Below, one piece after another: positions 47,583-57,679 of a stretch of 64,000 bases of DNA (position 1 is its first letter; every line of letters begins with the position of its first letter). The stretch is from contig JAWLHJ010000007.1 in the NCBI GenBank assembly GCA_041690395.1, positions 147,895 through 211,894 of the forward strand, written 5' to 3'. The stretch comes from Longimicrobiales bacterium. Lineage in GTDB: Bacteria > Gemmatimonadota > Gemmatimonadetes > Longimicrobiales > Gaopeijiaceae. The position numbers and the translations under genes were made by a program. The notes under the pieces were generated by a model that did no database searches, was not told the origin of the DNA, and was given only the letters and a program-made list of their open reading frames with translations.

Positions 47583-49079
47583 ATGGGGATGAGCGTGGAA
47601 GTGCGGGGCCTCTCGCGTATCGCGACGATCGCGGTGACCCTGTTGACGGGGTTCGCGACGGGGTCCGCGGCCCAGGAGCGGCACGTGTTCGGGCTCGAGC
47701 AGGCCGTGCGGACGGCCCTCGACCAGAGTCGCGAGGTGCGCTCCGCGGAGCTCGGGCTCGTCGAAGCGAACGAGCGTGTCTCCGAGGCGTGGAGCAGTGT
47801 CTACCCCTCGGTGGACTTCAACGCGAGCTACACCCGGAACCTGTCGCCGGCCGTGAACTTCCTGCCGGCGGCGATCTTCGACGACACCGCGGGTCCGGAC
47901 GACTACATCGCCGTCCAGTTCGGTGCCGACAACACCTGGCAGTCCACGATCGCGGTGGAGCAGCCGATCTTCTCCGCGGGCGCATTCCTCGGGGTCGGGG
48001 CCGCGGGCCGGTACCGGAACCTACAGGAAGAGGTGGTGCGGGGGCGGGTTCAGACGGTCGTGACGCAGGTGCGCACGGCGTACTACGGTCTGCTGCTCGC
48101 GCAGGAGCAGGTCCGCCTGACCGACAACTCGGTCCGGCGGGTCCGCCAGTCCCTCGAGGAGACCAAGGCGCTGAACCGGGCCGGCATCGCTTCGGACTAC
48201 GACGTCCTTCGGCTGGAAGTCGAGCTCGCGAACCTCGTGCCGAACCTGCGACGGGCGGAGAACGCGGTGCTCCAGGCCCGCCGCCAGCTCGCGGTGGAGC
48301 TCGACCTCCCGGAGACCGACACGCTGGAGGTGCAGGGCGCCCTCGCGAGCATCGACCTGCGGGATCCGTCCGCGAACTCCCCGGAGAATCGGGCCATCCT
48401 GAGCTTCGTCGGCTTCGGCGACGTCGGGGAGGTGGAGCGTGTCGAGGAGGCGGTTTCGCTGGCCAGGGAGATGCGCTCGGACCTCCGTCAGCTCCAGCTC
48501 ACCGAGTCCCTCCGCAAGACCGAGATGCGCCTCGAGCAGGTCGAGTACCTGCCGCGGATCACGCTCTTCGGCAACTACATCATCAACGCCCAGGACAACG
48601 GGAGCCCGAACTTCTTCGGGAGCGGAGACGGCCAGCGGGCCTACGCCCGCAACGTCGGCATCAGCGTCAGCCTGCCGCTGTTCCAGGGATTCTCCAGGGA
48701 TGCGCGCATCGACCAGCGACGGGCGGTGCTGAGACAGGCGGAGACGGAGACGGAATACGTCGGAGATCAGGTGGTGTCCGAAGTCCGGACGCTCGTGGAG
48801 CGGGCCGAGGAGGCCTACCTCCGCGCCACGGGCCAGAGGTTGGCGGTCGATCAGGCCCAGAGAGGCTTCGAGATCGCCAGCGCGCAGTACAGGGAAGGCC
48901 TCGGGAGCCAGCTGGAGCTGACGGACGCCGAGGTGGCGCTCCGGCAGAGTGAGTTCAACTACGCCCAGGCGGTCTACGACTACCTCGTGGCGAGGGCGGA
49001 CCTGGATCAGGCGACGGGGCGGGTTCCGCTCGTCGACGTCGATCCGGGCGCCTCGCTCGACACGGGAGACGACCGATGA
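47583..49079 (+). CDS. TolC-family outer membrane efflux protein
   Basis: Signal peptide; SLPLFQGF, YREGLGSQLELTDAE, AVYDYLVARADL. Confidence 0.92.
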   Translation: MGMSVEVRGLSRIATIAVTLLTGFATGSAAQERHVFGLEQAVRTALDQSREVRSAELGLVEANERVSEAWSSVYPSVDFNASYTRNLSPAVNFLPAAIFDDTAGPDDYIAVQFGADNTWQSTIAVEQPIFSAGAFLGVGAAGRYRNLQEEVVRGRVQTVVTQVRTAYYGLLLAQEQVRLTDNSVRRVRQSLEETKALNRAGIASDYDVLRLEVELANLVPNLRRAENAVLQARRQLAVELDLPETDTLEVQGALASIDLRDPSANSPENRAILSFVGFGDVGEVERVEEAVSLAREMRSDLRQLQLTESLRKTEMRLEQVEYLPRITLFGNYIINAQDNGSPNFFGSGDGQRAYARNVGISVSLPLFQGFSRDARIDQRRAVLRQAETETEYVGDQVVSEVRTLVERAEEAYLRATGQRLAVDQAQRGFEIASAQYREGLGSQLELTDAEVALRQSEFNYAQAVYDYLVARADLDQATGRVPLVDVDPGASLDTGDDR

Positions 49080-49114
49080 CCGGCCCGAGCATGCATATCG
49101 ACGAGAGGAAGATC

Positions 49115-50191
49115 ATGAAGCGGATGTGGACGATGCGGGGGCTCACCCTGGTGGCGGCGGGCCTGCTGGCCGCATGCGGCGGTGATGCGCAGGCGGACGG
49201 CGCGGCGGAGGGGACGGAGTCGTTCTCCCGTGTGATCAACGTCGAGGTGACCGAGGTGCGGTCCGAGACGTTCAGCGAGCAGATCCGCCTCACGGGTGTC
49301 GCCCTTGCGGACCAGGACGTGCTCGTGGCGGCCGAGGAGAGCGGCGCGGTGCGGGAGGTCTTCGTGGAGAAGGGAGAGCGGGTAACAGCCGGCCAGCCGA
49401 TCCTCAGCATCGACGACGACGTCCTAAGCGCCCAGGTGGCGCAGGCGCGCGCCCAGGCGGACCTGGCGCAGCAGACCTGGGAGCGCAGGAAGCGCCTCTG
49501 GGAGGAGGACCGGGTCGGGTCCGAGATCGCGTACCTCGAGGCCCGGTTCGCGGCCGAACAGACCGCGGCGAATCTTCAGGCGCTCGAGTACCGGCTCGCC
49601 CGCACGACCATCCGGGCGCCGTTCGACGGGTTGCTCGACGAGAGGCCGGTCGAGCTGGGGGCGATGGTCAGCCCCGGGCAGACCGTCGCACGCGTCGTGG
49701 CGCTGTCCCGTGTGAAGATCGCGGCCGGGGTGCCGGAGCGTTACGCCCCGGACGTCCGTCCCGGCGGGCGCGCCACGGTGTTCTTCGACGTCCTCCCGGG
49801 GCAGGAGTTTCCGGCGACGATCGACTATGTCGGCGCGAGCGTGAGCCCGCAGAACCGGACGTTCCCCATCGAGATCGCCATGGCGAACCCGCAGGCCCTG
49901 ATCAAGCCGCAGATGGTGGCGAACGTGATCGTGGAGCGCCGGGAGTTGGACGAAGCCATCGTCGTGCCGCAGGACGCTCTGGTGCGCGTCGAGGACGGCT
50001 ATGTGGCCTTCGTGGCCGAAGACGGGCCGGACGGTCCGGTGGCGCGTGCGCGTACCGTCGTCGCGGGTCCGAGCCAGAACAACCGGGTGGTGATCGAAGA
50101 GGGACTGGAGGCGGGCGACCGGCTGATCGTGGTGGGTCAGCGCTCGGTCGCCGATGGAGACCGCTTGAACGTGGTGGGTGGCGATGACTGA
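49115..50191 (+). CDS. RND periplasmic adaptor (MFP), lipoprotein
   Basis: Lipobox LLAAC; IRAPFDG, IKPQMVA, EGLEAGDRLIVVGQ. Confidence 0.93.
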   Translation: MKRMWTMRGLTLVAAGLLAACGGDAQADGAAEGTESFSRVINVEVTEVRSETFSEQIRLTGVALADQDVLVAAEESGAVREVFVEKGERVTAGQPILSIDDDVLSAQVAQARAQADLAQQTWERRKRLWEEDRVGSEIAYLEARFAAEQTAANLQALEYRLARTTIRAPFDGLLDERPVELGAMVSPGQTVARVVALSRVKIAAGVPERYAPDVRPGGRATVFFDVLPGQEFPATIDYVGASVSPQNRTFPIEIAMANPQALIKPQMVANVIVERRELDEAIVVPQDALVRVEDGYVAFVAEDGPDGPVARARTVVAGPSQNNRVVIEEGLEAGDRLIVVGQRSVADGDRLNVVGGDD

Positions 50192-53100
50192 TCGAGGAAG
50201 GGACGAGACCCCGGAGCGCGCGACCAGCGCGTTCCTGGACCGGTTCAAGGAGTTCGGCCCGGCGAGCTTCGCCGTGGAGCACAGGACGAGCGTGATCGTG
50301 TTGGTGGTGATCATCGCCATCATGGGCGTGTTCTCGTACCGGGCGACGCCGAAGGAGTCGTTCCCGGAGCTCCCGATTCCGATGATCGCGGTCAACACGA
50401 TGTACCCGGGCGTGTCTCCGGCCGACATCGAGAGCCAGATCACGCGCGTGCTCGAGGAGGACCTGAGCACCATCAGCGACATCGACGTGCTCAGCTCGAC
50501 CTCGGTCGAGGGCTACTCGAGCATCGTGGCCGAGTTCGGGACGTCGATCGATCTGGACGAGGCGTTGCAGAAGGTTCGGGAGAAGGTCGATCTCGCGAAG
50601 CCGGATCTCCCGGCGGACGCGGAGGAGCCGACCATCCTCGAGTTCAACTTCTCCGAAGTCCCGATCATGCAGGTGAACCTGTCCGGTGAGTACGGGCTGG
50701 TGCGCCTCAAGGAGCTCGGGGAGGACCTGCAGGACAGGCTGGAGCAGATTCCGAACGTGCTGCGGGCCGACCTGCGCGGAGGGCTCGAGCGCGAGGTGAA
50801 GGTCGACGTCGACCTGGTGCGGCTCCAGTTCTACGGACTTGCGCTCACGGACGTCGTGGACGCGATCCGCGAGGAGAACGTCAACGTGCCGGGCGGCGCC
50901 ATCGACGTGGGGTCGGCCAAGTACCTGCTGCGCGTGGACGGCGAGTTCGACGATCCGTCGGTCATCGAGGACCTGGTCGTGTCCGTGTCGGACGGACGTC
51001 CGGTGTACGTCCGCGACATCGCGAGCGTGGACTTCGGCTTCGCCGAGCGCGAGAGCTTCGCGCGGTTGGGCGGCAACGCGGTGGTCACGCTCGACGTGGT
51101 CAAACGCGCCGGAGCGAACATCATCGAGACCTCGGCGCAGGTGAACGAGGCCATCGAGAGCATGGAGGCGCTCTTCCCGCCGACGACGCGCATCGAGATC
51201 ACGTCCGACCAGACCGAGCAGATCGAGGACATGGTCTCCAGCCTGGAGAACAACATCCTCTCGGGGCTGATCCTGATCGTGGCCGTCCTCCTGTTCTTCC
51301 TGGGGCTCGGCAACTCGATCTTCGTGGCGATCTCGATTCCGCTGTCGATGTTCCTGTCGTTCATCGTGCTGAAGGGCCTCGGGCTCTCCATGAACATGGT
51401 CGTGCTGTTCAGCCTCATCCTCGCGCTGGGGATGCTGGTCGACAACGCGATCGTGGTCGTCGAGAACATCTACCGGTTCCTCGAAGAGGGATGGGACCGC
51501 GTGAACGCCGCGAAGAAGGCGACCGGTGAGGTCGCCCTTCCGGTCATCGCGGCCACGGCGACGACGCTCGCCGCCTTCGCGCCGCTGCTCTTCTGGCCGG
51601 GCGAGGTGGGCTCCTTCATGGGGTACATGCCCAAGACGTTGATGATCACGCTGACGAGCTCGCTGTTCGTCGCGCTGGTCATCGTGCCGACGCTGTGCGC
51701 GATGTTCATGAAGCTCGACGGGACGCCGCGCGAGCCGATGACGCCCGCCATGCGGTGGACGCTGATCGGTGGGGCGGCTCTGGTGCTCCTGGCTGTCGCG
51801 GGCTCGAACGTGCTGACCGCGGTCCTGATCGTCGCCACGGCCGGAATTCTCTGGGCGATGCACCGATTCCTCCTCGACCGGCTGGGCCGCGCGTTCCAGG
51901 ACCGGACCCTGCCGTATGCGATCGACCGTCTGTACGAGCCGTCGCTGCGCTGGGCGCTGGATCACCGGCTGGTGCTGCTCGGCGCCACGGTGGCGGTGTT
52001 CTTCGTGACGGCCGCGGCGTTCACGCGCTTCAACGCCGGCGTGGAGTTCTTCCCCGAGTCGATGCCTCCGGCGCAGATCATCGTCGATGTCGAGGCCCCC
52101 GTGGGGACGCGCGCCCAGATCACGGACGAAGTCGTCCTGCGCATCGAGGATGCGCTCGAAGGCGTCGAAGGGAGTCAGGATTGGGAGTCCATCGTGGCCG
52201 TCACCGGCAGCGGTGGCGGAGGCGGCAACTTCATGGCCGGTGGCCCGGGTGGGCCCGAAGCCGGCCGGGTGACGGTGTCGCTGGTCGATTTCCAGGACCG
52301 TGAGGACGACGCGTTCGCAGTGCTCGCGGCCCTCCAGTCCTCGCTCGGCACGGACATCGCCGGGGCGACGATCACGGTCGACAAGCCGGCCGAAGGGCCC
52401 GCGCAGGGCTCACCGGTCAGCGTGGAGATCATCGGCGAGGACCCGGAGACGCTTCAGGCGCTCTCCGACCGCGTGCTTCAGGTCCTCGAAGCCTCACCGG
52501 TGTATCCGAAGCTGGTCGGCCTCGAGAGCGACCTGGACGCCGCGCGCGCCGAGCTCTCGATCCACGTGGACCGTGAGCGGGCCGCGCTCTACGACCTGAG
52601 CACCATGGAGGTCGGCAATGCCGTGCGTGGCGCCATCAACGGTGTCGAGGCGGCGAAGTACCGCACGGGCAACGACGAGTACGACATCATCGTCCGGCTG
52701 TCCGAGCGGTACCGGCACGACATCGAGTCGCTCCGTGACCTGACGGTCATGGCCGAGGGCGGCATCCAGGTGCCGCTCGTGCAGCTGGCGGACTGGACCG
52801 TCGAGGATGGCTTCGGCTCCATCAAGCGGAAGGACCAGGAGCGGATGGCCACGATCACCTCGGACGTGGCGGCCGGGCTCAACTCGAACGCGGTCCTGGC
52901 CGAGGTGCAGCAGGTGCTCGTGGACTTCCAGGAGAACGAGCTGCCGCCCGGTTACACGCTCCGTTACACGGGGCAGTCCGAGGACCAGGCGGAAGCACAG
53001 GCCTTCCTCGGCGGCGCGTTCCTCACGGCGCTGATGCTCATCGCGTTCATCCTGATCAGCCAGTTCAACTCGGTGGTCAAGCCGGTCATCATCCTGACGT

Positions 53101-53762
53101 CGGTCATCATGTCGACAGTGGGCGTGCTGCTCGGGCTCATGCTCTTCCAGATGCCGTTCGGGATCATCAACACCGGCGTGGGTATCATCTCGCTGGCCGG
53201 GATCGTGGTGAACAACGCGATCATCTTGATCGACTACATCGACATCCTGCGCGCCCGGGACGGCATGAACCGGCGCGAGGCGCTGGTGCAGGGCGGCAAG
53301 ACGCGTTTCCGGCCGGTGGTGCTGACGGCGATCACGACGGCGCTCGGCCTCGTGCCGTTGGCCATCGGGCTGAACTTCGACTTCTTCGGGCTCTACGGCT
53401 CGCTCAGCCCCGAGCTGTACTGGGGTGGTGAGCAGGCCGCGTGGTGGGGTCCGATGGCCGTGGCCATCATCGCGGGCGTGCTGTTCGCGACGTTCCTCAC
53501 CCTCGTGCTCGTCCCGGTGATGTACTCGCTGGTCGACGACTTCGCGGCCTTCTTCAAGCGCTACTACGTCCGTCACGACGACGAGGGCGAGGATGCGGGG
53601 ACGACGTCGGGCCCCGTCCGGGGAGACGAGTCGGGCGAGGAGGACGAGGAAGTCGAGCCCTGGGTGGTGGAGCCCGAGCCGGTGGGCGCCCGACGCTCCA
53701 GTGAACGGGGCCGCCGACCGATGGGTGGACCCGGGCTCGACCCGGCGCCCGAGGCGGGATAA
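50184..53762 (+). CDS. RND (AcrB/AcrD/AcrF-family) permease
   Basis: PKESFPE, GMLVDNAIVVVENI, TRFRPVVLTAITT. Confidence 0.95.
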   Translation: MTDRGRDETPERATSAFLDRFKEFGPASFAVEHRTSVIVLVVIIAIMGVFSYRATPKESFPELPIPMIAVNTMYPGVSPADIESQITRVLEEDLSTISDIDVLSSTSVEGYSSIVAEFGTSIDLDEALQKVREKVDLAKPDLPADAEEPTILEFNFSEVPIMQVNLSGEYGLVRLKELGEDLQDRLEQIPNVLRADLRGGLEREVKVDVDLVRLQFYGLALTDVVDAIREENVNVPGGAIDVGSAKYLLRVDGEFDDPSVIEDLVVSVSDGRPVYVRDIASVDFGFAERESFARLGGNAVVTLDVVKRAGANIIETSAQVNEAIESMEALFPPTTRIEITSDQTEQIEDMVSSLENNILSGLILIVAVLLFFLGLGNSIFVAISIPLSMFLSFIVLKGLGLSMNMVVLFSLILALGMLVDNAIVVVENIYRFLEEGWDRVNAAKKATGEVALPVIAATATTLAAFAPLLFWPGEVGSFMGYMPKTLMITLTSSLFVALVIVPTLCAMFMKLDGTPREPMTPAMRWTLIGGAALVLLAVAGSNVLTAVLIVATAGILWAMHRFLLDRLGRAFQDRTLPYAIDRLYEPSLRWALDHRLVLLGATVAVFFVTAAAFTRFNAGVEFFPESMPPAQIIVDVEAPVGTRAQITDEVVLRIEDALEGVEGSQDWESIVAVTGSGGGGGNFMAGGPGGPEAGRVTVSLVDFQDREDDAFAVLAALQSSLGTDIAGATITVDKPAEGPAQGSPVSVEIIGEDPETLQALSDRVLQVLEASPVYPKLVGLESDLDAARAELSIHVDRERAALYDLSTMEVGNAVRGAINGVEAAKYRTGNDEYDIIVRLSERYRHDIESLRDLTVMAEGGIQVPLVQLADWTVEDGFGSIKRKDQERMATITSDVAAGLNSNAVLAEVQQVLVDFQENELPPGYTLRYTGQSEDQAEAQAFLGGAFLTALMLIAFILISQFNSVVKPVIILTSVIMSTVGVLLGLMLFQMPFGIINTGVGIISLAGIVVNNAIILIDYIDILRARDGMNRREALVQGGKTRFRPVVLTAITTALGLVPLAIGLNFDFFGLYGSLSPELYWGGEQAAWWGPMAVAIIAGVLFATFLTLVLVPVMYSLVDDFAAFFKRYYVRHDDEGEDAGTTSGPVRGDESGEEDEEVEPWVVEPEPVGARRSSERGRRPMGGPGLDPAPEAG

Positions 53763-53915
53763 CGGGCGCGGACGCCGGCGGAGCAGCAGCCCGGACGCCG
53801 GCGGGAAGGGCGGGGCCGACCGTTCGACAGCGGTCGGCCCCGAGCCGCGGCGACGAACGCGTAACGGATTCGTGACGGCCCTTGCCGGCCCGACTTCTCG
53901 CTTCGAACGTGGGTC

Positions 53916-54269
53916 ATGCGCGACTCGACGACTAGCTATCTGAGCGGTGCCAGCGTGGGCGAGCTGGTGAGCACGGCCAGCATGGAGCCCGTGCTCGACG
54001 CGGCGCTGGAGGCCGAACTGGCCCGGCGTGTCAGCGACGGAGACACCGAGGCCCTCGAACGCCTGGTCATGGGAAATCTGCGGCTTGCGGTCGACGAGGC
54101 CATCCGCAATCGGGGGCTCGGCCAGCCGCAGCGTGCCCTCGTGAGACACGGCGTCGGCGTGCTGATCGAGGCTGCGCGCGTCTACGACCCGGACCGGCAC
54201 GGCTCGTTCTCCAGCTTCGCCAGCGGACGCGTGCGGCGCGCTCTTTCCGAGGACGTCGCCGACGCCTGA
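53916..54269 (+). CDS. Stand-alone sigma-70 region 1.2/region 2 protein (truncated sigma factor)
   Basis: EAELARRVSDGDTEALERLVMGNLRL..G..VLIEAARVYDPDRHGSFSSFA; stops at 117 aa with no regions 3/4. Confidence 0.75.
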   Translation: MRDSTTSYLSGASVGELVSTASMEPVLDAALEAELARRVSDGDTEALERLVMGNLRLAVDEAIRNRGLGQPQRALVRHGVGVLIEAARVYDPDRHGSFSSFASGRVRRALSEDVADA

Positions 54270-54388
54270 CCGTCTCCGGTCACCGCGCGGCAGTGGCGCG
54301 ACTCCGGCGGATCTTCACCGGAGCCCGCGCGTCTGTTCTATTCCTTCCGAAGACCCTGTGAACCTTCGGTGGGCGTGAACGATTCCCG

Positions 54389-55336
54389 ATGCGACTCCCG
54401 GCGCGAACGATCCCGTTTTTCCTTCTGCTGGCCGCGGGGCTGCTCGCGGCGGACGTGTCCGTCGCTCATGGCCAACAGGCCCGCCAGGGGCTGCTCAGTC
54501 TGGAGGACGCCCGTCTCTTCTACGAGGTGAGGGGGGAGGGGGATCCGATCATCGTGGTGCACGGTGGGCCCGGCCTCGACCACCGGTACCTCCGACCCGG
54601 GCTCGACGTGCTCGCTTCCCGTAACACGCTGGTCTACTACGATCAGCGCGGCACCGGGCGCTCGGCCACCGAGGTCGGTCCCGAGACGGTGACGGTCGAC
54701 GCGTTCGTCGCAGACATCGAGGCGCTGCGTGAGGCGCTGGGCTTCGAGCGGATCCATGTGCTGACACACTCGTTCGGTTCGAAGATCGGGCTGGCCTACG
54801 CCCGGGCCCATCCCGACCGGGTCCGTTCGCTCATCCTCCTGAACCCCGTGGACCCGGGGACACGATACGCCCAGGAGACACAGAGCCGTCGGCTGGCCGC
54901 GCGCACGCCGGCCGACTCGGTCGAGCTCTCTGAGCTCACCACGTCCGAGGGTTATGCGGCGCGCGACCCCGGCACGCTCGGCCGCGTGTTCGAGGTCGCC
55001 TTCCGCGCGGCGATGAGGGATCCACAGAACGTGGAGCAGCTCGACCTCGATCTCGAGCCGTCCACGGCGCGTCACGGACAGGACATCGCCGAGCTCCTCG
55101 GCCGCGAGCTCGGGAGCGCGGACGGATGGGCGGTGCTCGGCGAGGTGACGGTGCCGGTCCTGGTCGTCCACGGCCGCGACGATCTGCCGCCCCTGCAGAT
55201 GTCGACCGAGCTCGCCGAGGCGCTGCCGGACGGGCGCCTGGAGGTGCTGAACAGCGGCCATTTCCCCTACGTCGAGGACCGGGACGGGCTCCTGGCCGCC
55301 GTGTCGGGCTTCCTGGCGTCGCTGCCGCGCTCATGA
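54389..55336 (+). CDS. Secreted alpha/beta hydrolase (proline iminopeptidase-like)
   Basis: Signal peptide; HGGPG, YDQRGTGRS, HSFG nucleophile elbow, SGHFPYVE. Confidence 0.88.
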   Translation: MRLPARTIPFFLLLAAGLLAADVSVAHGQQARQGLLSLEDARLFYEVRGEGDPIIVVHGGPGLDHRYLRPGLDVLASRNTLVYYDQRGTGRSATEVGPETVTVDAFVADIEALREALGFERIHVLTHSFGSKIGLAYARAHPDRVRSLILLNPVDPGTRYAQETQSRRLAARTPADSVELSELTTSEGYAARDPGTLGRVFEVAFRAAMRDPQNVEQLDLDLEPSTARHGQDIAELLGRELGSADGWAVLGEVTVPVLVVHGRDDLPPLQMSTELAEALPDGRLEVLNSGHFPYVEDRDGLLAAVSGFLASLPRS

Positions 55337-55551
55337 CGGACGGCGGGTCTCCGTGGGTGCGGGTCGGCATCGTTCTGGCCGTCTACGCGGTCGGCGCGCT
55401 CCTGCTGCTGCCCGCGCTCGGCGCGCTCCAACGGATCCTGATCCTGCCGGAGCTCTTCATCGAGCTGGCCCGGGTCGGACTCTGGCTCGGTGTTCCGTTG
55501 GCGATCGTGCTGGCGTGGCGGTACCCGGACATCGGGAACGGGCCGGGCTGA
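55333..55551 (+). CDS. Small two-TM membrane protein
   Basis: ATGA overlap with hydrolase; 72 aa, two hydrophobic helices ending GVPLAIVLAW. Confidence 0.65.
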   Translation: MTDGGSPWVRVGIVLAVYAVGALLLLPALGALQRILILPELFIELARVGLWLGVPLAIVLAWRYPDIGNGPG

Positions 55552-55560
55552 CGGGGCCGG

Positions 55561-56043
55561 TCAGCGTGGTGGCGACAGGCGCCAGGACGCCCTGATGACG
55601 GCTACGGTATCGCCCGAAGCGTCGAAGATCTCGGCGACGGCTTCGTGGTCCATCGGGACGACTACCTCGGGGATCTCGACGCGCGCCTCTGCCCGGAGCG
55701 GCCCTCGGGCCTTCTTGCGGTATTCGACGTCGATCCGGGTGACGATCCCGCGGACGCCCCCGCCGAGGCCCGTGAGCGTGGCGAGCCCGGACGTGAGCTC
55801 TCCGAGGTTGGCCAGCGCGATCGCGTGCACGGAGGCCAGGTGGTTCCGGACCTTCCGGCGGTCCTCGAGAGCCAGCACGGCGTGCCCGGGCTCCAGCCTC
55901 AGCACACGTGCGCCGATCGTGCCGCTGTAGGGGACCATGCGACCCAACATGCGGCTGAAGAGCCAGCGGCCCCCGGGAAGGCCGTGCAGTCGGTTCCACA
56001 TGGCCAGGATGCGTGCGCCTGGTGCGGCTGCCGGAGCGGGCAA
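55561..56043 (-). CDS. Hotdog-fold thioesterase (PaaI/DUF4442-like)
   Basis: VPYSGTIG, RNHLASVHAIALANLGE, YRKKARG. Confidence 0.85.
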   Translation of the reverse strand: MPAPAAAPGARILAMWNRLHGLPGGRWLFSRMLGRMVPYSGTIGARVLRLEPGHAVLALEDRRKVRNHLASVHAIALANLGELTSGLATLTGLGGGVRGIVTRIDVEYRKKARGPLRAEARVEIPEVVVPMDHEAVAEIFDASGDTVAVIRASWRLSPPR

Positions 56044-56180
56044 AGGGGCCTCCTGAGGGTGACGTCGACGAACCTAACCTTCACGTGTGTCGCTTCCGGG
56101 AGCAACTCGCCGCATGGGACGTGGGTTCCGTGCCCGACACAGGTCTTCCAACCCGCCGCCGGGAGAGCGATCGTCCGACG

Positions 56181-57584
56181 ATGAACACGTTCCAAGCGCC
56201 GCCGCGCCCCGCACGCGCGGCCGAGTTCAAGCCCGGGCGCGCCGACCTCGACGCTTTGCTGCGGTTGGCGCTCCCCATCGCCCTCATCCAGGTGGGGATG
56301 ATGTCCATGGGCGTCGTCGACACCATCATGGTGGGGCGCGTCTCCGCGACCGACCTCGCGGCGGTGGCCATCGGGAACCTGTACTTCTTCGGTGTCGCGG
56401 TGTTCGGCATGGGCGTGCTGTTCGCCCTCGATCCGGTCGTGTCGCAGGCCGTGGGTGCCGACGACGAAATCGGCGTGGCGCGCGCGGTGCAGCGAGGCCT
56501 GATCATCGCGGCAGGGCTCACCGCGCTCGGCACGCTCCTGCTCCTGCCCGCCGGACCGGCCCTGACGGCGGCTCGCCAACCCGTCGAGGTGGTCCCCCTC
56601 GCGGCGGGCTACGCGCACGCGCTCATCGGGGGCGTGTTCCCGTTCTACGCGTTCGTCGTGCTGCGGCAGAGCCTGCAGGCCATGGGCCACGTGCGGGCGA
56701 TCCTGGGCACGGTCTTGCTCGCGAATCTCTTCAACGTGCTCCTCAACTGGATCCTCGTATTCGGGAACCTGGGGGCGCCCGCCATGGGAGCTGTGGGGTC
56801 GTCCTGGGCCACCACGTTCAGCCGGTGGTTCATGACCCTGGTGCTGCTGGCGGGGAGTTGGAGCCTGCTCCGTCCGGCCGTCCTGCCGTTGCGCCCCGAG
56901 GCGGCGCGGCTGAAGCCCATGATGCGCGTACTCACCGTGGGGGCGCCGATCGGCGCGCAGCAGTTCCTCGAGTTCGGCGTGTTCGGCGCGGCGGGGCTGC
57001 TGATGGGATGGCTGGGGACCGTGGCCGTCGCGAGCCATCAGGTCGCGCTGCAGCTCGCGGCGCTCACCTTCATGGTGCCCGTCGGCGTCGCGCAGGCCAC
57101 GAGTGTGCTGGTGGGGCAGGCGGTGGGAAGGGCCGATCCGCCGGCCGCGCGTCGCTCGGCGGGCGCAGGCATCCTGGTGGGCGCGGGCTTCATGGTGGTC
57201 ACCGCGGCGGTGTTCCTCGCGTTCCCCACACAGCTCGCGCGATGGTTCAGCAACGACATGGAAGTCGTTGTCGTCACGGCTGTTCTCCTGCCCATCGCGG
57301 GCGTCTTCCAGGTGTTCGACGGGCTTCAGGTGGTGGCGTCGGGGGCACTCCGCGGCGTGGCCGATACCCGGGTGCCGATGGTGCTGACTCTGGTCGGGTT
57401 CTGGTTCGTCGGCCTCCCCGTGAGCGCCTGGCTCGGCTTCCGTACCGGCCTGGGCCCGCCGGGCATCTGGTGGGGGCTCGCCATCGGCATCGGAGTGGTC
57501 GGGATCCTGCTGGTAGGGCGGGTCCGCGCGAGGTTCGGGCGCGCTCTCCGCCGGTTGGTCATCGACGAAGCCACGGTGCACTGA
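56181..57584 (+). CDS. MATE-family (NorM-like) efflux transporter
   Basis: LALPI, VDTIMVG, FQVFDGLQVVASGALRG..DTRVPM. Confidence 0.94.
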   Translation: MNTFQAPPRPARAAEFKPGRADLDALLRLALPIALIQVGMMSMGVVDTIMVGRVSATDLAAVAIGNLYFFGVAVFGMGVLFALDPVVSQAVGADDEIGVARAVQRGLIIAAGLTALGTLLLLPAGPALTAARQPVEVVPLAAGYAHALIGGVFPFYAFVVLRQSLQAMGHVRAILGTVLLANLFNVLLNWILVFGNLGAPAMGAVGSSWATTFSRWFMTLVLLAGSWSLLRPAVLPLRPEAARLKPMMRVLTVGAPIGAQQFLEFGVFGAAGLLMGWLGTVAVASHQVALQLAALTFMVPVGVAQATSVLVGQAVGRADPPAARRSAGAGILVGAGFMVVTAAVFLAFPTQLARWFSNDMEVVVVTAVLLPIAGVFQVFDGLQVVASGALRGVADTRVPMVLTLVGFWFVGLPVSAWLGFRTGLGPPGIWWGLAIGIGVVGILLVGRVRARFGRALRRLVIDEATVH

Positions 57585-57679
57585 CCCGGGGGGCGCGGAA
57601 TTCACGGTTGCCGTGGCGGTGGGTGCGGACGAGCTTTCCGCATCCGGCTGTCCCGTCGTCCCTCCAGCCCCGCCCGCCG

